64,000 nt of DNA from an uncultured Bifidobacteriaceae bacterium (lineage in GTDB: Bacteria > Acidobacteriota > Vicinamibacteria > Vicinamibacterales > UBA2999), in the NCBI GenBank assembly GCA_964543955.1, contig CAZJBN010000006.1, positions 3,949 through 67,948 of the forward strand. The letters are read 5' to 3'. The number at the start of each line of letters is the position of its first letter. Within the stretch, counting starts at the first letter, position 1. A program made the translations under genes and the position numbers. The notes beneath the pieces are model-generated. The model was given only the letters and a program-made list of their open reading frames with translations. It was not told the DNA's origin and made no database searches. This document shows, piece after piece, positions 7,945 through 16,153 of the stretch.

Positions 7945-9849
7945 TCAGGCCAGCCGATCCACGAGGGTGGTATCCACGCCCGCAGATCTGAGCGCCGAGA
8001 CGAGCCGCTCGCGGTCGGGCGCCTTGCGATAGGCTTCGCGCACGTCCACCACGCCCGACTGCACGTGATCGACGAGGGCATCGTTCAACCTCGTCATGCC
8101 GAACGAACGGCCGGCCTCGATGGCCGACGGCAGGTTGGTGAGCTCGGGGTCGGCGAGCGCGCGCGAGACGTCGCCGGAAGCGAGCACGACCTCGCGTGCC
8201 GCCAGGCGTCCCCCGCCGGCCTTGCGCAGGAGCAGCTGCGACACCGCGCCGCGGAACGAGTCGGCCAACCGCCTGCACGCATTCGGGCGGCGGCTGTCCT
8301 CCATCAGTCCCACCAGCTGCGCAATCGCCGAGCTCGACGACGCCGACGGGACCGACGCCAGCACGAGAAGGCCTCGTCCGGCCGCATCCAGCGTCAACTC
8401 GAAGAGCTCCGCCGAGTCCACACCTTCGACCACGAGAACGTCCGGTTCCTCGCGCAGGGCTGCGCGCGCCGCGGCCAGCCTGGCCGCGGCATCGCCCTTC
8501 ACCTCGCGCTGGCTGATGAGCGCATGCCGGTTCTCATGCACGAGGCGAACCTCCGGCTCGAGCGTGATGACGTAGTCGGCGCGCCGGCGGTTGATGGCAT
8601 CGACCAGTGCGGAGAGAATCGTGGACTTGCCGCTTCCGTCCGGCCCGGCCGCAATCACCAGCCCGTCGGACTCGGTGGCCAGGGCTGTGACGGCCGGCCC
8701 GAGATCCAGTTGCTCGATGGACGCGGCGCGGCTGCGGACGATGCGGCAGAGCAGGCCGAGTCCGCGGTGATCCCGGAAGCTCGCGCACCGGACGCGTCCG
8801 ACGTCGGCGACCTCCGTCAGCCATTCGATCGCGGCTCCCTGCCTGACGTCCGGCAGCAGGCCCTCGGGGGCCGTTTCGGCGGCCATCGCCTCGACGTCTG
8901 CTGCCGTCAACGGGGGTTCCGCATCGATCGGGCGGATGTCGCCGTCCACCCGCAGGTAGGGTCGCGCGTGCGGCGTGAGGAAGAGTTCGGTGGCGCCGGC
9001 GGTCGTCGCGATCCGCAACAGCCGGGCGACGCCAGGCAGTCGTTGGGTGGTCGTCATCATGTGGGGCACTTCTATGCGAACGGTTCGGGTCACAGCTGGT
9101 GTCGGACCAGGGCTCGGTTCTGCCGGAGCGCGGCCGAGGGCATCGGGGTCGTGGGGTGGCGCCGCAAGCGGCGGTCGTGGAGGCTCAACCGGAGAAGGCT
9201 CACCTGCGGCTGGCGAGACATCCGACGGGGTCGTGGGCGTCGACGACGAAGCGCTCATGACCACCGACCCGATGTGGGGAACCGCCGAGACCGTGCTCTC
9301 CGCCATCGACGACGCCTCGAGCACGTAGACTTCCTCCGCGGGAGCATCGGACTCGGTCGGAACGATCGTCTCTTCGACGTCAATCGCCGGTGCAGCGTCG
9401 CTGATGGCTTCCTGTGCCGTGCTCACCTGCAGTGGCGGGCCATCCTGTTCGGCGGCAACCGTCTCGTCGTGGTCGAGTGGTTCATCGACGAGGTCGACCG
9501 TGTCCGGCATGTCGCCCGCGTCCACCACGGCGGGAGCGGCCGGCGCCTGCCGACGCCGGATCTCGATCCAGATGTCCTCGCCTCCGCGGGCGGCCACGAC
9601 GGTGAAGCGATTGGCGCCTCGCGATGGCAGCGTGTGCTCCACGGCGCCGAGATCGTCGAGCACCGACCTGGCCTCGGCCGGCAGCAGTCGCGACAGCATC
9701 CCGTTCATGGCGCCGATCCCGAGCGCATGGGACGACACGTCGATCGTGCGAGACTGCGCGATGACGTACGGACGTTCACCGACGTGCATGACGAGCGCGT
9801 CGCCATTGGCGCGCTCCATCGCCGTGAGAAGGGAATCGACGAGCGTCAT
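7945..9849 (-). CDS. PilT/GspE-family ATPase paralog with extra N-terminal PilT-N-like domain and degenerate catalytic boxes
   Basis: ORF 7945..9849(-) has Walker A GPDGSGKST. The regions aligning to the Asp box, Walker B and His box read ITLEPEVR, EPDVLVVEGVDS and GRGLLVLASVPS. Residues 1-100 resemble a second PilT N-domain and are followed by a roughly 170-aa Pro/Ala-rich linker. Confidence 0.8.
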   Translation of the reverse strand: MTLVDSLLTAMERANGDALVMHVGERPYVIAQSRTIDVSSHALGIGAMNGMLSRLLPAEARSVLDDLGAVEHTLPSRGANRFTVVAARGGEDIWIEIRRRQAPAAPAVVDAGDMPDTVDLVDEPLDHDETVAAEQDGPPLQVSTAQEAISDAAPAIDVEETIVPTESDAPAEEVYVLEASSMAESTVSAVPHIGSVVMSASSSTPTTPSDVSPAAGEPSPVEPPRPPLAAPPHDPDALGRAPAEPSPGPTPAVTRTVRIEVPHMMTTTQRLPGVARLLRIATTAGATELFLTPHARPYLRVDGDIRPIDAEPPLTAADVEAMAAETAPEGLLPDVRQGAAIEWLTEVADVGRVRCASFRDHRGLGLLCRIVRSRAASIEQLDLGPAVTALATESDGLVIAAGPDGSGKSTILSALVDAINRRRADYVITLEPEVRLVHENRHALISQREVKGDAAARLAAARAALREEPDVLVVEGVDSAELFELTLDAAGRGLLVLASVPSASSSSAIAQLVGLMEDSRRPNACRRLADSFRGAVSQLLLRKAGGGRLAAREVVLASGDVSRALADPELTNLPSAIEAGRSFGMTRLNDALVDHVQSGVVDVREAYRKAPDRERLVSALRSAGVDTTLVDRLA

Positions 9850-9906
9850 CGGTTGATCGACCGAAGCGCAGCGAGCCTACACACCGCCGCCCTGCGCTTC
9901 ACCACT

Positions 9907-10644
9907 CTATACATCGGCCCGTGGCGAGGCACTCGATAGTCGGCGCCGGGCCACGTGCAGGCTCATCAGGCCACCCATGAGCGGGACGATACGCACATCC
10001 GTGAACCCCTGTGCAACGAGCAGGCGCGCCACGCCCTCGGCTCCGGGGTACCGTCGGATCGACGCCGGAATATAGCGGTAGGTATCGGGATCGCCGTGGA
10101 GCAGCCAGCCCAGGATGGACCCGATGATGAAGAGGTAGCCGAGGTAGATCGTCCGGACAACCGCGGACTCGGGCTTGTTGAAGTCCAGCGAGACGAAGCG
10201 GCCGCCGGGACCGACGATACGGGCAATCTCGGCAATCGAGGTGTCGAGATCGGGAACGTTGCGGAGTCCGTAGCCCGTCGTGACGAGATCCACTGCGGCC
10301 GTTGGAAACGGCAGCGCGCCCATGTCTCCGCCGACCCAGGACACGTCGCCGCCCTTCTGCGCGGCCAGCTCGAGCATCCGTCGCGTCAGATCGAGCCCGA
10401 CGACACGGCGAGCGCCGATGTCGGCGATGGCGAGCGCGAGGTCGCCGGTGCCACAGGCCAGGTCGACGACCACGTCCGACGCGCTCACCTGCGCTTCGCG
10501 CACGAGCCGGGCCTTCCATCGGCGGTCCTGGCCGAACGACAGCACGCGGGTGATGACGTCGTAGCGATCCGCGATCGTGGCAAACAGGTTGTGGACGTAC
10601 GCCCGCTTGCGGTCCGGCGTCGTGAACGCGTCGTTCAGGGACAC
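9907..10644 (-). CDS. ubiE: demethylmenaquinone/ubiquinone C-methyltransferase
   Basis: ORF 9907..10644(-) has FATIADRYDVITRVLSFGQDRRWK, the SAM motif VVDLACGTGDLA, and TTGYGLRNVPD. Confidence 0.85.
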   Translation of the reverse strand: MSLNDAFTTPDRKRAYVHNLFATIADRYDVITRVLSFGQDRRWKARLVREAQVSASDVVVDLACGTGDLALAIADIGARRVVGLDLTRRMLELAAQKGGDVSWVGGDMGALPFPTAAVDLVTTGYGLRNVPDLDTSIAEIARIVGPGGRFVSLDFNKPESAVVRTIYLGYLFIIGSILGWLLHGDPDTYRYIPASIRRYPGAEGVARLLVAQGFTDVRIVPLMGGLMSLHVARRRLSSASPRADV

Positions 10645-10683
10645 GCGGACATGCTACACGGCCCCGCGTGCGAGGCGGCGCCA

Positions 10684-12090
10684 TCATGCGCCGAAGAGGA
10701 TTCGCGCGATCGTGGCGGTGAGAAACGTGACGAGGAAGGCCAGGGCCAGGGGCATCAGGGCGCCGACCGCCGCCCACCTGGCACTCAGCGTCTCCTTGTA
10801 GATCGTGATGATCGTGGTCGCACAGGGGTTGTGCAGCAGGGAGAACAGCATGAGGTTGACGGCGGTCAGCAGCGTCCAGCCGTGCTGATCGACCAGGAGG
10901 ACCCTGAGCTCCTCGAACGAGGTCATGTCGGTCATGATGCCCTGCGACATGTACACCATCAGCATGGTCGGCACGACGATCTCGTTGGCCGGGATCGCAA
11001 TGATGTAGGCGAGCAGGATGACGCCGTCGAGGCCGATCGCCCACCCGAGCGGGTCGAGCGCGCCGGCAGTCCGCGCCGCCAGGCTCACGCCGCCAACCTC
11101 GATGTTGGCGAGCAGCCAGATGACCGCGCCGGCAGGCGCGGCCGTGAGAATCGCGCGCCAGAGGACGAACAACGTCCGGTCGATCAGCGACGTATAGAGA
11201 ATCCGCGTGACACCGGGCCGCCGATACGGGGGCAGCTCCAGCGTGAAGGCCGACGCCTCGCCTCGGAGGATCGTGCGCGACAGCAGCCACGACACCGCGA
11301 GCGTGAAGACCACGCCGACGAGGACGATGGCGACGACCGCCCCGGCCGCCACGAGCGAGGCGGCCGCCGGGGAGAACGACGCCGCGACGAACACCGTCGC
11401 CAGCATGATCAGCGTCGGGAACCGGCCGTTGCAGGGCACGAAGTTGTTGGTGAGGATCGCCACGAGCCGCTCGCGCGGCGAGTCGATCACGCGCGTCGCA
11501 ATCACACCGGCGGCATTGCAGCCGAAACCCATCGCCATGCTCAGCGCCTGCTTGCCGTGCGCGCCGGCCTTCTTGAAGAGGAAGTCCAGGTTGAAGGCCA
11601 CCCGCGGCAGATATCCGAGATCCTCCAGGATGGTGAACAACGGGAAGAAAATGGCCATCGGCGGCAGCATCACGCTGACGACCCAGGCCAGCCCGCGGAA
11701 GACGCCGTGCCACGTGAATCCGGTAATCCACCACGGGAGGCCAAGGGCCTCGAACGCCGCCGCACCGATGTCTTCGATGCGAAACAGGGCCGTCGCGAGC
11801 ATCTGCGACGGCACGTTCGCGCCGACGATCGTGAGCCAGAAGACGACCGCGAGAATCGCGAGCATGAGCGGGAGCCCGAACACGCGCGAGGTGACGATGC
11901 GATCGATGCGCTGGTCGAGCTCGCGTCCGTGATCCCCCGACTCGTGCACGGCCCGGTGCGTGATGCGCTCCACCTCCCCGTACAGGGACGTGACGACTTC
12001 CTCGCGGAAGCCGGCCTCGAGCGATCGGCGAAGCGCGGCGGCCTCGCGCACGATGTCGGCCGGTGCAACGACCGACGCCCGGGTGCTCAC
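10684..12090 (-). CDS. feoB: FeoB C-terminal permease part (separate gene)
   Basis: GTG 12090 (VSTRASVVAPADIV...) lies within the long ORF 10684..13257(-). The product has LDQRIDRIVTSRVFGLPLMLAILAVVFW plus many TM segments (gate-type motifs GCNAAGV and PCNGRFP). GTGA overlap with the stop of the G-domain gene. Confidence 0.85.
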   Translation of the reverse strand: MSTRASVVAPADIVREAAALRRSLEAGFREEVVTSLYGEVERITHRAVHESGDHGRELDQRIDRIVTSRVFGLPLMLAILAVVFWLTIVGANVPSQMLATALFRIEDIGAAAFEALGLPWWITGFTWHGVFRGLAWVVSVMLPPMAIFFPLFTILEDLGYLPRVAFNLDFLFKKAGAHGKQALSMAMGFGCNAAGVIATRVIDSPRERLVAILTNNFVPCNGRFPTLIMLATVFVAASFSPAAASLVAAGAVVAIVLVGVVFTLAVSWLLSRTILRGEASAFTLELPPYRRPGVTRILYTSLIDRTLFVLWRAILTAAPAGAVIWLLANIEVGGVSLAARTAGALDPLGWAIGLDGVILLAYIIAIPANEIVVPTMLMVYMSQGIMTDMTSFEELRVLLVDQHGWTLLTAVNLMLFSLLHNPCATTIITIYKETLSARWAAVGALMPLALAFLVTFLTATIARILFGA

Positions 12091-12902
12091 TGCGCGCCTT
12101 CCAGCGCGATCTTGCGGCTGAAGCGGGCGTCCGGCGCCTGCTGTCTGGCCACCAGATCGGCCAGCGCTCCGCTGGTGAGCGCCTGCTCCACGGCGGCGTC
12201 TCCATCGAGCAGCCGGATGGCAATCCATCGCGCGTTCGGCACGTCCGGCGCGACCGATTCGATCATGGGGACCAGGCGCGCGATCGCCTGCTCGAATGCC
12301 GGCGTGCCCTGTGAGCGGAGCGGCCTGGTCAGGGTCTCGCCCGATGCAATGCCCGCCACTTCGGCCAGAAGGGCCATCACGTTCTCGTTCGTGCGGGCGA
12401 CAATGGGCACCACCGGAACCCCGAGATCGCGCGCGAGGGTCCGCGTATCCACATCGATGCCGCGCCGCCTGGCCTCGTCCATCAGGTTGACGGCGACGAC
12501 GACGCGGTCGGTGATCTCCAGGACCTGCAGCACGAGATAGAGGTTCCGCTCGAGCGCGCTCGCGTCGACGACGACGACCGTGCAATCCGGCCGGCCGAAC
12601 AGCAGGAAATTCCGCGCGACTTCCTCGTCCTGCGAAGCCGACAGGAGCGAGTACGTCCCCGGCAGGTCGACCAGCTTGTAGCGAACACCCGATCGCTCGA
12701 ACCCGCCCTCGGCGCGCGTGACGGTCTTGCCGGGCCAGTTGCCCGTGTGCTGGCGGAGGCCCGTCAAGGCGTTGAAGAGCGTCGACTTGCCGGTGTTGGG
12801 GTTGCCCGCGAGCGCGACGACCCGATCGAATCCGCCAACGGCAGCGCCCAGGCTGGACATCTCCGCATGCACCGGACACGTCTCGCAGTTGTGAGCGCTC
12901 AT
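12087..12902 (-). CDS. feoB: FeoB N-terminal G-domain plus helical domain (separate gene)
   Basis: ORF 12087..12902(-) has G1 GNPNTGKST, DLPGTYSL and NLMD, then a helical domain ending in a genuine TGA at 12087-12089. ATGA overlap with the upstream gene's stop. Confidence 0.85.
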   Translation of the reverse strand: MSAHNCETCPVHAEMSSLGAAVGGFDRVVALAGNPNTGKSTLFNALTGLRQHTGNWPGKTVTRAEGGFERSGVRYKLVDLPGTYSLLSASQDEEVARNFLLFGRPDCTVVVVDASALERNLYLVLQVLEITDRVVVAVNLMDEARRRGIDVDTRTLARDLGVPVVPIVARTNENVMALLAEVAGIASGETLTRPLRSQGTPAFEQAIARLVPMIESVAPDVPNARWIAIRLLDGDAAVEQALTSGALADLVARQQAPDARFSRKIALEGAQ

Positions 12903-13987
12903 CGGCGGCTGGCCCTTCGTGGTGTGACCCCGGCCAGGCCGTCCTGACCATCAGCTGTCTCACGCGCGGCTCGGGCCGGCATCGGCAGCCGGCGCACGAG
13001 TATGCTCCGGGCCTGCTCGCGACGAAGCGCGATGGTCGTCCCGCGCAGCCGGTACCCGCACGGGTCCCCGGCAAACGTCGTGAGATCCCGGCGAATGCGT
13101 GAGCCCGGCGTGAACCCGAGGTCGAGCAGCCGCCGCCGCATGAAGCCCCGGCACGCCGAATCGATCGCGACGATCTCTGCCGTCGCGCCGGACCCGAGGT
13201 CCGACAGGCGGACCACGTCGGCAGCCCGAGCCGGATCGCCGTGGACTTCGGCGACATGCACGTTGCCCGCCAGCGCGGGTGCCAGCACGTACTCGTTCTC
13301 GCCGTCGCTCAGCACGAGCCGCGCGGCCGACCGGTCGATGATTCGCACCACCTGGCCAAGGTGCAGGCCCTCGGCCGTCAGCTGCGCATAAGCCAGCGGC
13401 GGCTCGTCCTCGAGATGGACGATTCGGCCCGGCATGGCGGGCGGCCAGCTCGGAAGGGGCGTTCCCGGCTGCGCGGACAACCGGCCATCGCCGCCGGGAA
13501 TCGGATCGCCGTGCGGATCCACGTGCGGATGGCCCATTGCCGCCGAGAGCCGGTCGACATCCGCCTCGCTCAGCCTGTGCTCGGCACGCTCCGCTTCGGA
13601 GTGCACACGCTCGAGGGGTACGCCAATCTCGTCCGCCAGGTACAGTTCCCACAACCGGTGCGCCCGCAGCACATGCAGGGCAATCCGCTCGCCATCCGGC
13701 GTCAGGCGGAACTCCGACCCGTCCGGTCGAATGAGGTGCTCGCGTTCGAGCCGTTCGACGAGTGACAGAATCTCGCGGTCGGAGAGACCGAGCGCGCCCT
13801 GAAGCGATGCCATCGAGGCGCCTCGGCCCTCGGAGGCCTGTCCTTGCAGGTGCTTGAGAGCGTTCTCAGCCTGTTCCCGCGCCAGCGCCCGCCGATATCG
13901 CTTCGCCCGCGCAATCAGCCCGTGAGTCGGGGCAAGGGCGCCGAAGGTGAGAACCAGACCGATCAGGAGCCACAGCAGCAGGTTCAC
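12899..13987 (-). CDS. N-terminal TM helix + DtxR-like (wHTH + metal/dimerisation) + two FeoA/SH3-like domains
   Basis: ORF 12899..13987(-) starts with the hydrophobic helix MNLLLWLLIGLVLTFGALAP. It continues with LRAHRLWELYLADEIGVPLERVHSEAERAEHRLS...GHPHVDPHGDPIP (DtxR dimerisation/metal domain). Two FeoA-like segments follow, the last being GATAEIVAIDSACRGFMRRRLLDLGFTPGSRI... Confidence 0.8.
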   Translation of the reverse strand: MNLLLWLLIGLVLTFGALAPTHGLIARAKRYRRALAREQAENALKHLQGQASEGRGASMASLQGALGLSDREILSLVERLEREHLIRPDGSEFRLTPDGERIALHVLRAHRLWELYLADEIGVPLERVHSEAERAEHRLSEADVDRLSAAMGHPHVDPHGDPIPGGDGRLSAQPGTPLPSWPPAMPGRIVHLEDEPPLAYAQLTAEGLHLGQVVRIIDRSAARLVLSDGENEYVLAPALAGNVHVAEVHGDPARAADVVRLSDLGSGATAEIVAIDSACRGFMRRRLLDLGFTPGSRIRRDLTTFAGDPCGYRLRGTTIALRREQARSILVRRLPMPARAARETADGQDGLAGVTPRRASRR

Positions 13988-13992
13988 GACAG

Positions 13993-14014
13993 TGATTTTG
14001 ATTAACCAAAATCA
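13993..14014. promoter_or_regulatory. candidate metal-regulator operator: 22-bp near-perfect palindrome TGATTTTGATT/AACCAAAATCA
   Basis: 10 of 11 positions are self-complementary. It is AT-rich within a GC-rich genome and sits 6 nt upstream of the feo-operon start (13987) and 67 nt upstream of the divergent dtxR-family gene (14081). Confidence 0.5.
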
Positions 14015-14080
14015 AAACACGTCTGTCGACTAAAAGTCAACTCCGCCCGTCTGAACCTCTGGTAAGCTTCTGAGAATACG

Positions 14081-14770
14081 ATGCTTCCGTCGAGCACCGT
14101 CGAGAACTACCTGAAGGCGATCTTCATGGGCGAGACCCAGCTCCCGGAAGGGCAGCCGCTCATGCCCATGGGCCAGCTCGCCTCGGCGCTGGGCGTCGCG
14201 CCCGGCACGGCCACCACCATGGTCAAGGCGCTTGCCGAGGCCGGCCTGGCCATCTACGAGCCGTACGTCGGAGTGCGCCTGAGCCCGGCCGGCGAGAAGC
14301 TCGCCGCCCTCGTGCTCCGGCGACACCGCCTCATCGAGCTCTTCCTGGTGCAGGTCATGGGCCTCAGGTGGGACGAGGTCCACGACGATGCCGAGCAGCT
14401 CGAGCACGTCGTCTCGGATCGCCTCATCGAACGGATCGACGCGATGCTGGGTCATCCGGAGGCGGACCCTCACGGCGACCCGATCCCCACGGCGGACGGG
14501 CAGCTGCCGAGGAAGGAACTGGATTCCCTCCTGACGTGCGGTCTGGGGCAGCCCGTCATCGTCACGCGCGTGACGGATCAGGATGCGGCGTTCCTCCGCT
14601 TCATCGCGGATAACCACCTCAAACCCGGCGAAACGATCGAGGTCGAGGCGCGCGACGATGTGTCGGACAGCGTGCGCCTGAAAGGCCGGAACGGTCAGCG
14701 CATCACGATCGGCATGCGCGCGGCGTCCAAGGTGATGGTGTCGATGACCAACGGCAAGTCGCGCGGCTGA
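14081..14770 (+). CDS. DtxR/IdeR/MntR-family metal-dependent transcriptional regulator
   Basis: ORF 14081..14770(+) has ENYLKAIF, RRHRLIELFLVQVMGLRWDEVHDDAEQLEHVVS, GHPEADPHGDPIP, and a C-terminal SH3/FeoA-like domain. Confidence 0.9.
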   Translation: MLPSSTVENYLKAIFMGETQLPEGQPLMPMGQLASALGVAPGTATTMVKALAEAGLAIYEPYVGVRLSPAGEKLAALVLRRHRLIELFLVQVMGLRWDEVHDDAEQLEHVVSDRLIERIDAMLGHPEADPHGDPIPTADGQLPRKELDSLLTCGLGQPVIVTRVTDQDAAFLRFIADNHLKPGETIEVEARDDVSDSVRLKGRNGQRITIGMRAASKVMVSMTNGKSRG

Positions 14771-15369
14771 TCGACCATCACGCTGTCGATGGGCAGAGGG
14801 CCGCCGAACTTCGCCAGTCCGAAGCCGTAGCGGGCGAGGACCGCGGTGCAGCCGGCCGCCCGCGCAACCTTGTAGTCGGCCGGCGAGTCTCCGACCATGA
14901 CCGCGGGCCCTGGTGACTTCCGCGTCAGCGACAGCAATCCGGCCGGGTCGGGCTTGCGCGGGAGCGGGCCGTCGCCGCCGACGACATCGACGAAGAAGCC
15001 CCGCAATCCCAGCTGGTCGAGGATCCGTTCGGTCGGCGCCAGCGGCTTGTTGGTGAGCACGGCCAGCGGGCCCCTCGACACGAGAAGCGACAGGACCTCG
15101 GCCATCCCCTGATAGGCGGTGGTGTGATCGACGAGGCGTCGGTCGTAGATCTCCATGAAGCGCTCGAGCGCGCCTGGCGTGGCGGGGTCCAATCCGGACT
15201 GCTGGAGCGCACGCCGCACGAGAACCGGCGCACCGTCTCCCACCATGGCCACGACCTCGTCGATCGACAGGGGCGCGGCGCCGTAGCCCTGCACCAGCTC
15301 GGAGGCCGACTCGGCGAGATCCCTGGCGGAGTCGATGAGGGTGCCGTCCAGGTCGAAGACAATCGTCAT
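14695..15369 (-). CDS. HAD-superfamily hydrolase (phosphoglycolate phosphatase-like)
   Basis: ORF 14695..15369(-) has the motifs FDLDGTLIDS, LTNKP and MVGDSPADYKVARAAG. Confidence 0.8.
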   Translation of the reverse strand: MTIVFDLDGTLIDSARDLAESASELVQGYGAAPLSIDEVVAMVGDGAPVLVRRALQQSGLDPATPGALERFMEIYDRRLVDHTTAYQGMAEVLSLLVSRGPLAVLTNKPLAPTERILDQLGLRGFFVDVVGGDGPLPRKPDPAGLLSLTRKSPGPAVMVGDSPADYKVARAAGCTAVLARYGFGLAKFGGPLPIDSVMVDQPRDLPLVIDTITLDAARMPIVMR

Positions 15370-15440
15370 GTACTGAGAACGCGGCCGCCGCCATGGTCGA
15401 ACAACGCGCGGGACCAGCGGTCAGGAGAGAATACTCGCAC

Positions 15441-16145
15441 ATGGCGGATCGAACCACGCTGGTGCTGCTCTCGGGCGGGCTCGACAGTGCCGTCCTCGTC
15501 GCCCACGAAGCGGAACGGGGCCGCGTGACGCCGATCTACGTGAGTGTCGGCCTGGCGTGGGAGCCGCTCGAGCTGGCGATGCTCGATCGGCTCCTTGCCG
15601 AACCCGTGTTCGCCGGTCGTGTCGCGCCGCTGTCGCAGGTGGCGTTCACGATGCGCGACGTCTATCCGCCGACGCACTGGGCGATTCGCGGCGAGCCGCC
15701 TGCGTACGACACGCCGGACGAGGACGTGTACCTCACCGGCAGGAACCTCGTGCTGCTCTCCAAGGCGGGCGTCGTGGCGGCCGGGCATGGGATTCATCGG
15801 GTCGCGCTCGGCCCGCTCTCCGGCAACCCCTTTCCCGACGCGCGTCCCGCATTCTTCGCCGCCATGCAGGCAGCGCTCTCCCTTGGCCTCGACCACGGAA
15901 TCGAGATCGTCACGCCGTTCATCGACTGGGACAAGGCGGCCGTCATCAGGCGCGGCGTCGAGATCGGCGTTCCGCTGGAGCTGACGCTCTCCTGCATGAG
16001 TCCTGTGGACGGCAGACTGCCGCGGCACTGCGGCCTCTGCAGCAAGTGCCGGGAGCGACGGGATGCGTTCGCCGAGGCGCGTGTCGACGACCCCACGGAG
16101 TACGTGCGATCGTCGCCTCGCGAGAAGGGAGCGCGCCCGCGCTGA
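15441..16145 (+). CDS. QueC-like PP-loop ATPase (divergent 7-cyano-7-deazaguanine synthase family)
   Basis: ATG 15441 lies within ORF 15393..16145(+), with AGGAGAG 12 nt upstream. It has the PP-loop LLSGGLDSAV and a C-terminal Zn-cluster pattern SCMSP...HCGLCSKCRERR. The usual DYGQRH segment is replaced by YVSVGLAWEPLE. Confidence 0.65.
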   Translation: MADRTTLVLLSGGLDSAVLVAHEAERGRVTPIYVSVGLAWEPLELAMLDRLLAEPVFAGRVAPLSQVAFTMRDVYPPTHWAIRGEPPAYDTPDEDVYLTGRNLVLLSKAGVVAAGHGIHRVALGPLSGNPFPDARPAFFAAMQAALSLGLDHGIEIVTPFIDWDKAAVIRRGVEIGVPLELTLSCMSPVDGRLPRHCGLCSKCRERRDAFAEARVDDPTEYVRSSPREKGARPR

Positions 16146-16153
16146 GGGCGGAG

